This document shows positions 12,196 through 24,095 of a stretch of DNA of 64,000 nt, in pieces (positions within the stretch are counted from its first letter, which is position 1; every line of letters begins with the position of its first letter). Made by a program: the position numbers and the translations under genes. Source of the DNA: Centroscyllium fabricii (lineage: Eukaryota); NCBI GenBank assembly GCA_051313645.2, contig JBNRSN020000034.1, forward strand, positions 24,180,001 to 24,244,000, in the 5' to 3' direction. The notes under the pieces were generated by a model. That model searched no databases, was not told where the DNA came from, and saw nothing but the letters and a program-made list of their open reading frames with translations.

Positions 12196-12883
12196 TGCCC
12201 CGGTTTCACTGGAGGCTACGAATTGCCGAATCGTGCCGATTGTGAAATTTGGCCGATTCGTGGGTAATTCTTGCGATTCGTAGCGGATTCGTAGCGGATT
12301 CGTAGAGTTCACGGAAGTTCGCGCGATTTCCTTGAGGTTTCAAGAAAGTTTTTGTTTGTCAAAAAATTTCGTGGGAGGGTTCACGAATGCCCAATTCGTG
12401 ATAGATTCCTAAACAATTCGTGACCCTTTCTTACCATTCTTAACCCTTTCTTACCGTTCGTAACTGATTCGTAGTGGATTCCTAGTGCATTCTTGCCTAT
12501 TCTTGGGCATTCTTGATTTTTTCAAATTCGTGGAAAAACGCCGAATTCATCACGAATGTCCACGAATGTCCACGAATGCACTACGAATGCACTACGAATG
12601 CAATTCGTAGATAATTCGTAGCTAATTCGTAGAATTCGTAACTAAATCGTGGAGGTCGTAGTGGATTCGTTAATTAATTCTTCATATTCGTGAGTGATTC
12701 GTACCTCATTCCTACAATAATTCGTGATAGATTCTTAGCCTTGTCCAGAATCGCCAAGAATTCACCAAGAATCGCCAAGAATCAACCAAGAATTTTCGCA
12801 TTTTTTGCAGAATCGCCAAGAATTTCAATTCTTGACGATTCTTGATATTCTTGACATTCTTAGCCTCCAGTGAAACTGGGGCA
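12196..12883. mobile_element. PIF/Harbinger-type MITE family B (688 bp)
   Basis: TIRs TGCCCC(G/A)GTTTCACTGGAGGCTA(C/A)GAAT; TAA TSD at 12193-12195 and 12884-12886; interior built of ATTCGT/ACGAAT/AAGAAT sub-repeats. Confidence 0.85.
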
Positions 12884-13124
12884 TAACGTTAGCACTAAGG
12901 CACACAGACCATGGAACGGCCAAAGGTTCACTCTGATCCTTTGGCCTGTGCTGAATTCATTGATCTCAACTGGAAACATTTCCCCACCAATGTTCCCTCT
13001 AATTTTTATTTTGGGCTGCCCGGTGTCATTTCCAGTTGCGGCAGCTGGTGAGCAGCCTGCGCAGGACCTCCCGATTGGAGTGCGACCGTGTGCCTTAGGG
13101 AGAACAGTATTCTGCACTGAACCA

Positions 13125-13460
13125 GAGTTTGTAGATGCAGAGAGGATGTTTCCCCTCGTGGGGGAATCTAGAACTAGGGGGCATAATTTCAGAGTAAGGG
13201 GGCACCCATTTAAAACAGAATTTTCTTCTCTCAGAGGGTCGTGAATCTTTGGAATTCTCTTCCCCAGAGAGCTGTGGAGGCTGGGTCATTGAATATATTT
13301 AAGGTGGAGACAGACAGATTTTTGAATGGTAAGGGAGTTATAGGGAGTGGGCAGGGAAGTGGAGTTGAGGCCAAGATCAGATCAGCCATGATCTTATTGA
13401 ATGGCGGAGCAGGCTCGAGGGGCCAAATGACCTACTCCTGCTCCTACGTCTTATGATCTA
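13125..13460 (+). mobile_element. CR1/HER1-type LINE 3' end
   Basis: ERMFPLVGESRTRGH...NLWNSLPQRAVEA and the GATCAGCCATGATC...AATGGCGGAGCAGGCTCGA tail. Confidence 0.88.
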
Positions 13461-14479
13461 ACCACTGCAGAAAGCACGGAAGGCTTTTTAAAATTTATTT
13501 TGGTGACTGTTCAAATTAACGTGCTGCAGTATCTCGGCTTGGCAACAGTATCTTTGTTTGTGAGCCTGGAGGTTGGAGGTGGAGGTGGTTGGAGAATGGC
13601 TATTTGAGCATGGAGGGCATCACAGCTGACGACTCACCTGACATTCGCACCAACCCTCCCCCCATCCCACACATGAACACACACACCTTTAGGAGTCACT
13701 GAATAGCAACGAGGAGCAGAAAGCTTTGCTGGTTTCTTTCCTCTCCTGAGCCCAGTTGGTAGGCGGGCTAGTTGGTCCAGGAGGATAGAGGGCCATCGCT
13801 CCAATTCTATGCATGACGAGTGTGAGCAGTCACATTTGAAGGGTGGGAGGTGAAAATGAAGCAAAAGTCATCCCTGCCATTCTCAATCAGTCCTAAGGGG
13901 CCAAGCGTCCATTTGGCTGAGGCCTAGGAGCAGGCTGCTTGCCTGATCTCATGGCCTGGGGAAGGTTGCGTAATGGGAGGAGGAGGGGGACCTGAAAACT
14001 AACCTCTCCCTCCAAAAAAAGGGTGCTTAATATTTCTGAAGTTGATAAGTCTTCACAAATTCATATTGAACTTTAAATTGCATTTACATTGACTAAAATG
14101 GCCAGCTCGAGTGTTTCTTTCATCCTTTCAGTTTTTTTGTGATGCTGTTCATTTGTGAGTCACCGTTTAAAGGGAAATTTTAGTCTTAGCCAACCTAAAA
14201 TGTTACTTACACAGCTGTTAGTGCTTAGTGTTATCTCTGAAGCCCGAGATGTGAAATCTGATCTATCACTAGAAGTTCTCCTTCTGCATTTTGAAATGTT
14301 TATTTAGCAAATAAAACCATGACGCTTTTTTTTGTAAGTCACAAATCCCAGTTGCTATCGGTGATTGCCTTGAAGTGGCACTGAGCTCTTGCTGTTAGAG
14401 GGCCCAGGTACATAATGCCTATGAACTGCACCCTATCCTCCTCAGCCACTGGAAGATCAACGCCTTCAAAATCAAACTC

Positions 14480-14920
14480 ATAATCTGCTTTCATTTCTAC
14501 GTGAGTTCCCCCAACCCCTGGACAGTTTATTCATCTCCACTCCTGAAGGCGCCGACATGTTGGGGTACAGTTCCGCACCTACCCCCAGGTACCTCAGCCA
14601 AACATGTGACTGGACAGTGAGTGTCGGCAGGCCATTCAACCATGGAGAGCAGCACAGCCGAGCCTGATTCTGTAACACACACATGTTTATATATACATAT
14701 ATGGATAGCAATTAAAAACAGGGATTGAGGCTGATTTTCTTCCACTCCCTAGACTGGGGCACAAAGACCCATCTTATTGGGTTTACCTTAACCCTAACCC
14801 TTTGCTGCCTGCGGCTGAGATCAACTAATTCAGTACAGATTGGGTATCAAATCTCGGTTCTACCTGGCCTGTACGGCTCAATATCACACCATGCAGTGCA
14901 TTCACCCACTGAGCTCACAT
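14480..14920 (-). mobile_element. Old tRNA-derived SINE, AmnSINE2-like
   Basis: Reverse complement of the same body (GACAGTGAGTGTCGGCAGGC.ATTC.ACCATGG). Confidence 0.6.
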
Positions 14921-15350
14921 CATACAATGGTGGAGTACAGTTCATTTCATTCTTGACTGTAATGACTTGAAGGGAAAGGAGAAGATGGCAACACTGAGAA
15001 TGCCAAGCATTTTAATCATCTTTTGTTGGGAGGGCGGGAGGGAAAGCGAGGAGGATGTTGGTGGGCCAGTTCTTCTGACTAATTTAACATTCAAATGATC
15101 AAACAGGCCCAGATGTGGCCCAGTAGGCTTTAAGCACCCCGTGTTAAAGGGAAACGGAGTCCTTTTGTTTTACAGGCTAGCGATTAAACTGATCGCAGAC
15201 TGACTCTACGTGGTAGTTCCTCTGGCATCTCAGCTACTTCAGTTGAACCGAAGCTCTTTCATGAGCAGCTCATCCACATTATTCCAGAGTTTCATGGTGG
15301 AACTACCGACATCATGCATTGTGATTCTCAAACAACATTTATTTGAAGCT

Positions 15351-16215
15351 GCAGTGGTGTGGAGAGCGAGGACATTGGAGGTCAGTTTCTGTCTCTCCAG
15401 TTGTGTGGGGAACGAGGGCATTGGAGGCCACTTTCTGCCTGTCCAGTAGTGAGGGGAACAAGGGCATTGGGGGCCAGTTTCTGCCTGTCCAGTAGTGTGG
15501 GGAACGAGGACATTGGACGCCAGTTCCTGCCTGTCCAGTAATGTGGGGAATGAGGGCACTGGAGGCCAATTTCTGCCTGTCCAGTAGTGTGGGGAATGAG
15601 GACATTGGAGGCCAGTTCATGCCTGTCCAGTAGTGTGGGGAACAAGGACATTAGAGGCCAGTTTCTGTCTCTCCAGTCATGTGGGGAACGAGGACATTGG
15701 AAGCCAGTTTCTGCCTGTCTCTCCAGTAGTGTGGGGAACGAGGGCATTGGAGACCAGTTTCTGCCTGTCTCTCCAGTAGTGTGGGAATGAGGACATTGAA
15801 GGCCAGTTTCTGTCTGTCCAGTAGTGTGGGGAGCGAGGGCATTGGACGCCAGTTTCTGCCTGTCCAGTGGTGTGGGGAACAAGGACATTGGATGTCAGTT
15901 TCTGCCTGTCTCTCCAGTAGTGTGGGAAACAAGGGCATTGGAGGCCAGTTTCTGCCTGTCCAGTAGTGTGGGGAGCGAGGGCATTAGAGGCCAATTTCTG
16001 CCTGTCCAGTAGTGTGGGGAGTGAGGGCATTGGAGGCCAATTTCTGCCTGTCCAGTGGTGTGGGGAATGAGGGCACTGGAGGCCAGTTTCTGTCTGTCCA
16101 GTGGTGTGGGGAGCAAGGACATTGGAGGCCAGTTTCTGCCTGTCTCTCCAGTAGTGTGGGAAATTCGGGCATTGGAGGCCAGTTGCTGCCTGTCCAGTAG
16201 TGTGAGGAGCAAGGA
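15351..16215. repeat. Minisatellite, 46-bp unit (50-bp variant with CTCT), about 18 copies
   Basis: Unit CCAGTAGTGTGGGGAACGAGGGCATTGGAGGCCAGTTTCTGCCTGT; explains the overlapping repetitive ORFs here. Confidence 0.93.
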
Positions 16216-16374
16216 GATGGTAGAGCAGTTTCTCCCCAATTGTTCAGTGCAATGTTTTACTGAGATTTTCAAAGATTTTTTTAAAACTTGAGGAACAAAT
16301 AATGTACATGACCTTCAGATGGTGGAAATCAATCCTTACAAGGAGTTAATGTCTCTTTGGCAAATTCAAATCCT

Positions 16375-16906
16375 ATAAGAACGTAAGAAATAGGAGCAGG
16401 AGTAGGCCATATGGCCCCTCGAGCCTGCTCTGCCATTCAATAAGATCATGACTGATCTTTGACCTCAACTCCACTTTCCTGCCCTATCCCCATATCCCTT
16501 GATTCCCCTAGAGTTTAAATATCTATCTATCTCAGCCTTGAATATACTCAATGATTCAGCATCCACAGCCCCTTGGGGTAGAGAATTCCAAAGATTCACA
16601 ATCCTTTGAGTGAAGAAATTCCTCATCTCAGCCTTAAATCGTCGAGCCCTTATTCTGAGAATATGCCCCCAATCCCAGACTATTCAGCCAGGAGAAACAA
16701 CCTCTCAGCAGCTACCCTGTCAATCCCCTTCAGATTCTTATATGTTTCAATGAGATCACCTCTCATTCTTCTAAACTCCAGAGAGAATAGACCCAATCTA
16801 CTCAATCTCTCCTCATAGGACAACTCTGTCATCCCAGGGATCAATCTAGTAAACCTTCATTGCACCACCTCCAAGGCAAGTATGTCCTTCTTCAGATAAG
16901 GAGACC
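16375..16906 (-). mobile_element. CR1/HER1-type LINE 3' end
   Basis: Reverse complement of the HER1 tail (ATAAGAA...AGGAGCAGGAGTAGGCCAT) followed by ORF2 C-terminal sequence. Confidence 0.88.
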
Positions 16907-16954
16907 TATCATAGTAGTTTCAGAATTTGCATTCAGTTAAAAAGAAATCTAGAC

Positions 16955-17525
16955 ATAAAAAATAAAGCTGGTATCAGTAAAAGTGACCATGAAGCTGTTG
17001 GATTGTCGTAAACGCCCAACTGGTTCACTAATGGCCCATTAGGGAAGGAAGCCTGCCGCCCTTGTTCGGTCTGGTCTATATGTGATTCCAGTCTCGTGAT
17101 TGACTCTTAACTGCATGCTTTCAAGAAGGCCCACCACCACCTTCTCAGGGAACTCAGGATGGGTGATCAATGCCAGCCTTGCCAGCGACGCCCATATCCT
17201 GAGAATACATTTTTAGAAAGGAAACATGGAGCAAGATGTACAGAAGATGTCCAAAACCAGGGGCCATAAAAATAAGATAGTCACTAATAAAACCAATAGG
17301 GAGTTCAGGAGAAACTTCTTTACCCAGAGAGTGGTGAGAATGTGGAACTCGCCACCACAGGAAGTAGGAAGGAAAAGCTGGATAAACACATGAGGGAGAA
17401 AGGAATAGAAGGGTATGCTGATAGGGTTAGATGAAGAGGAGTAAGAGGAGGCTTGTGTGAAGCATAAGCACCAAAATAGACCAGTTGGGCTGAATGGCCA
17501 GTTTCTGTGCTGTAGACTTCATGCA
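16955..17525 (+). mobile_element. Two adjacent LINE 3' fragments (CR1-clade tails)
   Basis: 16955-17210 (CTGGTTCACTAATG..TTAGGGAAGGAA) recurs inverted at 35515-35850; 17245-17525 matches the 9570 CR1 tail. Confidence 0.7.
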
Positions 17526-17769
17526 AGTTACTGGGGAAGAGGAGAGCTGGAGTGGGCCAAAAATAATTAGCATAACTTGTATTTATATTGTGCCTTTAAC
17601 ATAGTAAAATGTCCCCAGGAGCTTTATCCTCCTGCTCTATCACTTCACCCCTTGCATGGTTCTGCTCCTGCCTGTTCCAACACAGCTAGTAAATCTCCAG
17701 TCACGTGTCTTCCCACCTTCACACAGCCACCTCCAGAGCTCCCCAAGGATTTATCTCCTCTTCCTCATT

Positions 17770-18980
17770 TACATGCAGCAATCCCCCAGTGACATTATCC
17801 ACAAGCAGGAAGTCAGCCCCTGTACGTGTGCTGCCCAACAACTTGCTCTGTCGCACCACGACTCTCCTTACTCCCACAACCACCTGTGTTGTCAGACTGC
17901 CTGTTTGACATTAACTCATGGATAAGGCAACGTTTCCAACATAAGGCAACAAAACAGCGCAAGACCAAAGCCATCGTTTTCAGCCCACATCATGAACCCG
18001 TTTCCTTTGCCACTTAAACATAGAAACATAGAAACTAGGAGCAGGAGTAGGCCACTCGGCCCTTCGAGCCTGCTCCGCCATTCAATGAGATCATGGCTGA
18101 TCATCCAAACCCAGCACCCGCCCCTGCCCTCTCCCCATATCCCTCTCGAGCCTGCACCGACACATATCCCACCCTATCCCCGTAACCCCACATATTCAAT
18201 CCCCCTAACACTAAGGGTCAATTTATCCTGGCCAATCAACCTAACCCGCACATCTTTGGACTTACCCTGAACCCACTCCCAGGCTTCTCACAGACTGAAT
18301 CGGGCCGTACAAAACGTTGCCATCCTGTTTGACCCAAAGCTGAGCTTCAAGTCCCATATTCCAACGTCACCAAGACCACTTCCTTCCACCTCTGCAACCC
18401 TGCCCGCTCCTGTCCCTACCTCATCAGCACTGGCACCAAAATCCTAACCCATGCTTTTGACTCCATTTCCCCAAAGTCTTTGATGCTGGCCTCCCATCTT
18501 ACACCCTCTGTAAACTCCAACTCGTCCAAACTACCCAGATCCTGGCCCACATGAAGGCCTGTTTGCCCACCACCCCTTGCCCTCATTGACCTACACTGAC
18601 TCTCTGTCCCTCAACCCACTGATCTTCAAATCCCTCCGTGGCTGCACCCTGCCCTGCCTCTGCAACTGCCTCTTACCTTGGGCCACCTCTGTACCCTTCA
18701 GCCTCCATCCCTGCACATCCCATGCCCCAGCCATTTGCCCTTGGGTGGCAGAGCCTTTATCCTCCTCGGCCCTACTCTCTTCAGCTTTCTCCCTAACCCC
18801 ATTACTTCCTACTTCTCTCTAGTCCTTTATTTACATTCTGAAGACCCCTCTTTCTGACCAAGCTTTTGGTCACCTTTCCTAACTTTCCCAAGGTGGCTCA
18901 ATGTCTGGTTTTTTTGTCCCTCTGTAAAGTGCCTCAGGACACTGCCTATATTAAAAGAGCAATATAAATGCAAGCTACGG
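17770..18980 (+). mobile_element. Old L2 LINE fragment interrupted by an HE1 SINE
   Basis: L2-like residues (VLSDCLFDINSWI, KTKAIVF) and the ...TATAAATGCAAG tail at ~18970. Confidence 0.65.
18016..18262 (-). mobile_element. HE1 (V-SINE) 3' half
   Basis: Near-identical reverse complement of ~32358-32607. Confidence 0.85.
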
Positions 18981-19996
18981 TTATCAGCAGACTCAGATCT
19001 CGGATCTCCCCCCCACTCTGGGGAGGTGTGGTGACTGATGAAGAGCAGAAAACTTTAATCTGCTGATTGAACTACAAGCCCTTACAAGCAGATCACCAGC
19101 TGGCAAGTTCCAGCAACAAGACCCCCGCAGTACAGCAACAGCAATGCTGTCAAGATTGGGGGTGCATTGCGATTCAGCTATCAGCCTGGCACACAGGCGA
19201 TTCAGCCATCCGCCTGGCTGAGATCAGCAAGCCAGCAATCAAACCTGGCTCTTTCCTGGTCTGTATTGCGCATGGGGGAAAAGAATTTAAGAAAGAAAAT
19301 GATATGCAACAAGTCAATTCAGGAAAAAGAAATGGATTGTTTCATTTAACTGTGCTTCAGTAATGTCTGTGATAATCTTCTCTTGTATAAACACCCTTTC
19401 TGAGTGTCTCTTAAAGTGACTGTATAAATATGATAAATGATGCCACCATCAAAATTAATCTCATCCATATTATGTGCCTGAGCAGTTCCATATTCCAATA
19501 ATAAACTGTATCACTGCAACTGTACAGGCACTAGAACACTGCACTCAATCTGCAATAACTCGAACTTCATTCCCAGTGTTGCAAATGACCACATTCATAC
19601 CATGTCGCTTTATGCAAAAAAGGCTCACCAGTCTTCCCAGTGACATTCATCTTTACCAGTTAATCAATGAAGGAATAATGCTTTGAAATAGCTGTTAGGA
19701 ATGAGCTCAATCACATTAAAAAGTATTTTTTCAGCATCTCCGGGCCAGGTAGGCGGGAGATAAAAGAAATCAGCCAAGGGTCCTGTTCATTATCCAAACT
19801 CAACCCCAAGAAATTGTGAAGATGTTGAGGCAGGTTGTAGCACACCTACTACTACCTCAGCTAACGCAGCACAGTTACCAGGGATTCTCCCTGCTCTTTA
19901 TGGCTCAGCACACCACATTGTGCATATCTCCATTAGAGGAGCACTGGAACCCAATACTCCTACTGCCTTATTACAGACCTGAAGTGCACATACGAG

Positions 19997-20414
19997 CCAG
20001 CCTTGGCCCAACGGTAGCACTCTCATCTCCGAGTCAGAAGGTGGTAGGTTCTGAACCCCACTCCAAAGACTTAAGCACATACACTGAGCTGGCATTTCAG
20101 TGGAGTACTGAGTGAGTAATGCACTATCAGAGGTGACGTCTTTCACGTGAGACAGTAAATCGAGTATTTTTCCAGTATCTTCCTCTGCCCTCTCAGGTGG
20201 ACGTAAATATCTCATGGCCAGAACAGCAGGGGAACTGTCGGCCAATATTTATCCACTAAAACTAATGATCTGGTCATTTATGTCATTGCTGTCTGTTGGA
20301 TCTTGTTGTGTGTTTTCCTACATTACAGTAACTACACTTCAAAAGTACTTCATTGGCTGTGAAACGCTTTGAGACATCCTGAGGACATGAAAGGCGCTAT
20401 ATAAATGCAAGTCC
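19997..20414 (+). mobile_element. SacSINE1-like Deu-domain SINE
   Basis: tRNA-like head, Deu-type core CTGCCCTCTCAGGTGGACGTAAA.ATC.CATGGC and L2-type tail GGCGCTATATAAATGCAAG. Further remnants at ~31528-31850 (+) and ~52340-52640 (-). Confidence 0.75.
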
Positions 20415-21298
20415 TTATTTTTACTATGTACTTTGCCAAGTTAACAAGGTCCTTGATTCCAGCCATGAGATCCTAGGCAGACATTCATTGTTTAAGGCAG
20501 TGGTCCTTTTTTTTCAAGCTTGGCTGTATGTAAGATAGGTCAAACCAGTTAACATCCAAGCAGGGTTCCAAGGGGTGTGAACAACTTAGGTAGCAAATTA
20601 CCCTGCATGTATAATGTTAACTCTACATCACTGATTTAGCATAATTGACGTCCACACAGACAACAGCAACGCAGACCCATTTTCTCGTAGTTCTTCTGCT
20701 CAGCCACTGGATGAACCACCGCTTCATCGGGCCTACTAAAGACGCAGAGCGTGAACACTGTGTCAGCTCAAAAATGCAGACAGGGTCAGTGTCGATTCCC
20801 AGGCTTGCTGCAATGGTCCACGGCCCATTTTTAAAATTTAAATTGGCGGGAGGGGATGGGGCAATTGAAAGAACAAGAATCCACTTAGACTATTGTTTGT
20901 TTCTGCTTTGCTATAGACCCATTGCATGCACAGAAGACTGGTCACCCAGTTTCCAAACTGCTTCTAATGGGCCTACAGAACAGCACAGTACATAGCAGTG
21001 TCCATTCGGAAAGGAGTGCAGTGGTGGCTCTGCTTTCCAACATAGAAGCTAAAAGTAGATTAAGTGACGCAAGGGTTACTGTATAGTGCAGGACTCTATA
21101 AGCCTCTACTACTACATAAACTGATCATTTTACAATCGGATGATGTACAAGATGTCATTTTGCAAGACTCTTACTGTGGAATCTCACTAGACGCAACGCA
21201 GGCCACAGAATCCTCTCTATTTCCGTCGTAGTCCTATTTCCAATCTGTGCTCCTACCCAGTGAGGCTCAATGCTGGGAGCAGAGCTTTTGCAAACTTA

Positions 21299-21885
21299 AG
21301 GCCCTGTCACACCTAGACGTTTTAGCCAGCGTATGCAAATTTGGCTAAAACGCTGGGTTACGTCGGATACGTTATGCATACGTTACGAGAACGCTGGCAT
21401 ACGCTGGGCATACGTTGCATACGTCGTTGTACTTCGAGTAAGTCGAGAATTTTTGAGCATGCACAAAAAATCTCGCCGTATCTAGCGTATGATTCACACG
21501 TTCCGCATACGCTGGCCATACGTTGTAGGCATGTTAGGCGATCGTTGAACACACCTTACCTGTGCCCCTGTCATGCCCTGTCACACCTTGACGATTTCGT
21601 ATGCCAACGTATCAACATTTATCTAAAACGTCGGCGATACGCTGCCGCGCGCTATGCATACGTTAGACTATCGTTGGGCATAAGTTGAGAATGCCGACAA
21701 CACGCTAAGCATTTGTTGGTATAAGTTATCTGTAAGTTATCGATACGTTCTGTGTACGTTACTAATACGTTATGCATACGTTATGAATACGCTATTATAC
21801 GCCCAAAACTGAAAAAAAGTCAAAAGTTCAGCGTTTTAGCCAAATTTTCATACGCTGGCTAAAACGTCTAGGTGTGACAGGGCCT
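21299..21885. mobile_element. PIF/Harbinger-type MITE family A, complete (587 bp)
   Basis: 57-bp TIRs (AGGCCCTGTCACACCTAGACG..., 1 mismatch) and 3-bp TTA TSD at 21296-21298 and 21886-21888; no credible coding capacity. Confidence 0.88.
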
Positions 21886-22757
21886 TTACCACTGTGGCGT
21901 TTTAAGACACAAGTATAGCTGCCTAAAAGCTACAAGTGAAGGCTACATGTATATGTGAATTGTACACATTGACACCTTCCCACCAATATCAGTCAAACCA
22001 GCTTTTCCCAATGAAAGACAGTCACGTCATTTTACTATAACGCTGCCTTTGCCGTAACATTGCAGATCAGTTCAGTGCTGTACATACTGCAGTCAAAGCT
22101 TTTAGCCAAAACTACCTGGCATATTGGGTTCATTTTATTTTTAAATGCCGGAGGCCACAATGTACATGAGATGAAGGACGGCTACGATAGTACTGAGGTG
22201 AAAGTACGGATGTAAATATGAAATGCAGGTAACTAAAATTCAGGCTTTCACTTACTAACTAATAAACAAAAAAAAACAAGTGTGGTGTTTACTAGGTATT
22301 CTGAGAGAGAATGTTGTTTGAAAATGAAATTAAGAGGGAAACCAGTCCGATACTGTAACTAAATTAGCATCAAATGCAAATCACTGGGTACTTAGTGGTA
22401 GAACAGGTGCAGGGAAGGCCTTTAAATGAGACAAATGAATAAAACATCCCTCTGCACAAATGTGTATGCTGACACAAAGTCAATTGCATGAATAATTCAG
22501 CAACCTTGCCGCTGATGCAGGGGTCACCCTGCCTCGACCTTTATGACAGGAAGTGAAATAAAAATAAGGGGGGGGAGAGGAATACACCAGATAAAGCTGC
22601 TGAATGAGGAATTGGCTGGAGGTATTGTTTGAGGCGCATCCACAGCACTAAGCGTGCCAAGAACCAGTAGGCACATAGTCCTCCCATCGCTGACACCGTC
22701 GTGGACTATGTGCCTCTGCAAGGCACCCAGCATCTGAGTTTTCATTGGTCCCGGGAG

Positions 22758-23023
22758 TTAGGTCTGACAACTCTGGTTGGCCATATTCCTGGTGGTTTCA
22801 TCACATGACCTCCCACATCCAACCTTCCAGCCTGGTCAATAATGCCTTTATTTTTCTCCCCCATCTCCAATATTTTTATGATTAATAAACAAAAATGTTC
22901 CTAGCAAAATGATTTTTTTATTTTATCGCCCCTGTGATTTTTTTTCAGCCCTTGCTTGCAGCAGTATGCAGGAGGTTAATCTTCCTGGACACTCCAAGAC
23001 ATTCCTGGAGGGTTACAACCCTA
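22758..23023. mobile_element. Old hAT-like MITE
   Basis: Degenerate TIRs TAGGTCTGACAAC ... GGTTACAACCCTA; homologous to 7340-7595. Confidence 0.5.
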
Positions 23024-23179
23024 CCGAGAGGGAAGGCGAAAGATCTGGAGACCATGGGCCCCTACACATACGGCCATCCAACAAACACAGGCAGCACATG
23101 GAACCAAGTCTCGGGTTACCGCCTGAGAGCCATTCTTCCGCAATCCGCGCACCAAGATAACAAAAAAGCACCTTCTAAG

Positions 23180-24095
23180 AGTTTGAGGTTTCCACTTGTG
23201 GGGAGACCAAAACTAGGGGCCATAAATCTAAGATAGTTACTAATAAATCTAATAAAACATTCAGGAAAAACATCTTTATCCAGAGAGCAGTTCGAATGTG
23301 GAACTCGCTCCCTCAAGGCCCTGTCACACCTAGATGTTTTAGCCAGCGTATGCAAATTTGGCTAAAACGCTGAACTTTTGACCTTTTTTTTCAGTTTTGG
23401 GCGTATAATGGCGTATTCATAACGTATTGGACGTATGCATAACGTATTAGTAACGTACACAGAGCGTTTCAATAACTTACAGATAACTTATACCAACGAA
23501 TGCTTAGCGTTCACAACTTATGCCCAACGATAGTCTAACGTATGCATAGCGCGCGGCAGCGTATCGCCGACGTTTTAGATAAATTTTGATAAATTGGAAA
23601 ACGCTAGCTTAAATCGTCAAGGTGTGACAGGGCATGACAGGGGCAAGGTAATGTGTGTTCAACGATCGCCTAACGTGCCTACAACGTATGGCCAGCGTAT
23701 GCGGAACGTATAAATCGTAGCATTGATACGTCGTGATTTTTTGTGCATGCACAAAAAATCTCGACTTACTCGAAATTCAACGACGTATACAACGTATGTC
23801 CAGCGTATGGCAACGTGCTCTTAACGTATGCATAACGTACCCATAACGTATCCGACGTAAACCAGCGTTTTAGCCAAATTTGCATACGCTGGCTAAATCG
23901 TCTAGGTGTGACAGGGCCTTTCAAGGAGAAGTTGAATCGAACAGCGTAAATGCCTTCAAAGGGAAGCTTGTTAAGTACACGTGGTAGAAAGGAATAGACG
24001 GATATGTTGATAGGGTGAGATGCAGTAAGGTGGGAGGAGGCTCGTGTGGAGTTGGGTGGAATGGCCTGTTTCTCTGCAGTAAAATTCGCTGTAAT
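23180..24095 (+). mobile_element. CR1 3' fragment split by the family A MITE
   Basis: 23180-23315 and 23921-24095 are collinear with the CR1 tail at 9690-9990. Confidence 0.8.
23316..23919. mobile_element. PIF/Harbinger-type MITE family A, complete, inverted relative to the 21299 copy, nested in a CR1 fragment
   Basis: Same TIRs; TCA at 23313-23315 and 23921-23923 (one extra T). The flanks rejoin to the CR1 3' sequence GAACTCGCTCCCTCAAGGAG. Confidence 0.88.

Noticed and set aside
15239-16291. Many overlapping repetitive ORFs and a superficially CRISPR-like periodicity
   Set aside because: Head-to-tail minisatellite with no unique spacers, no cas genes and a eukaryotic context.
21341-21688. 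ORFs inside MITE family A (and 11992-12312 overlapping family B)
   Set aside because: No transposase or Myb motifs; the elements are too short to be autonomous.
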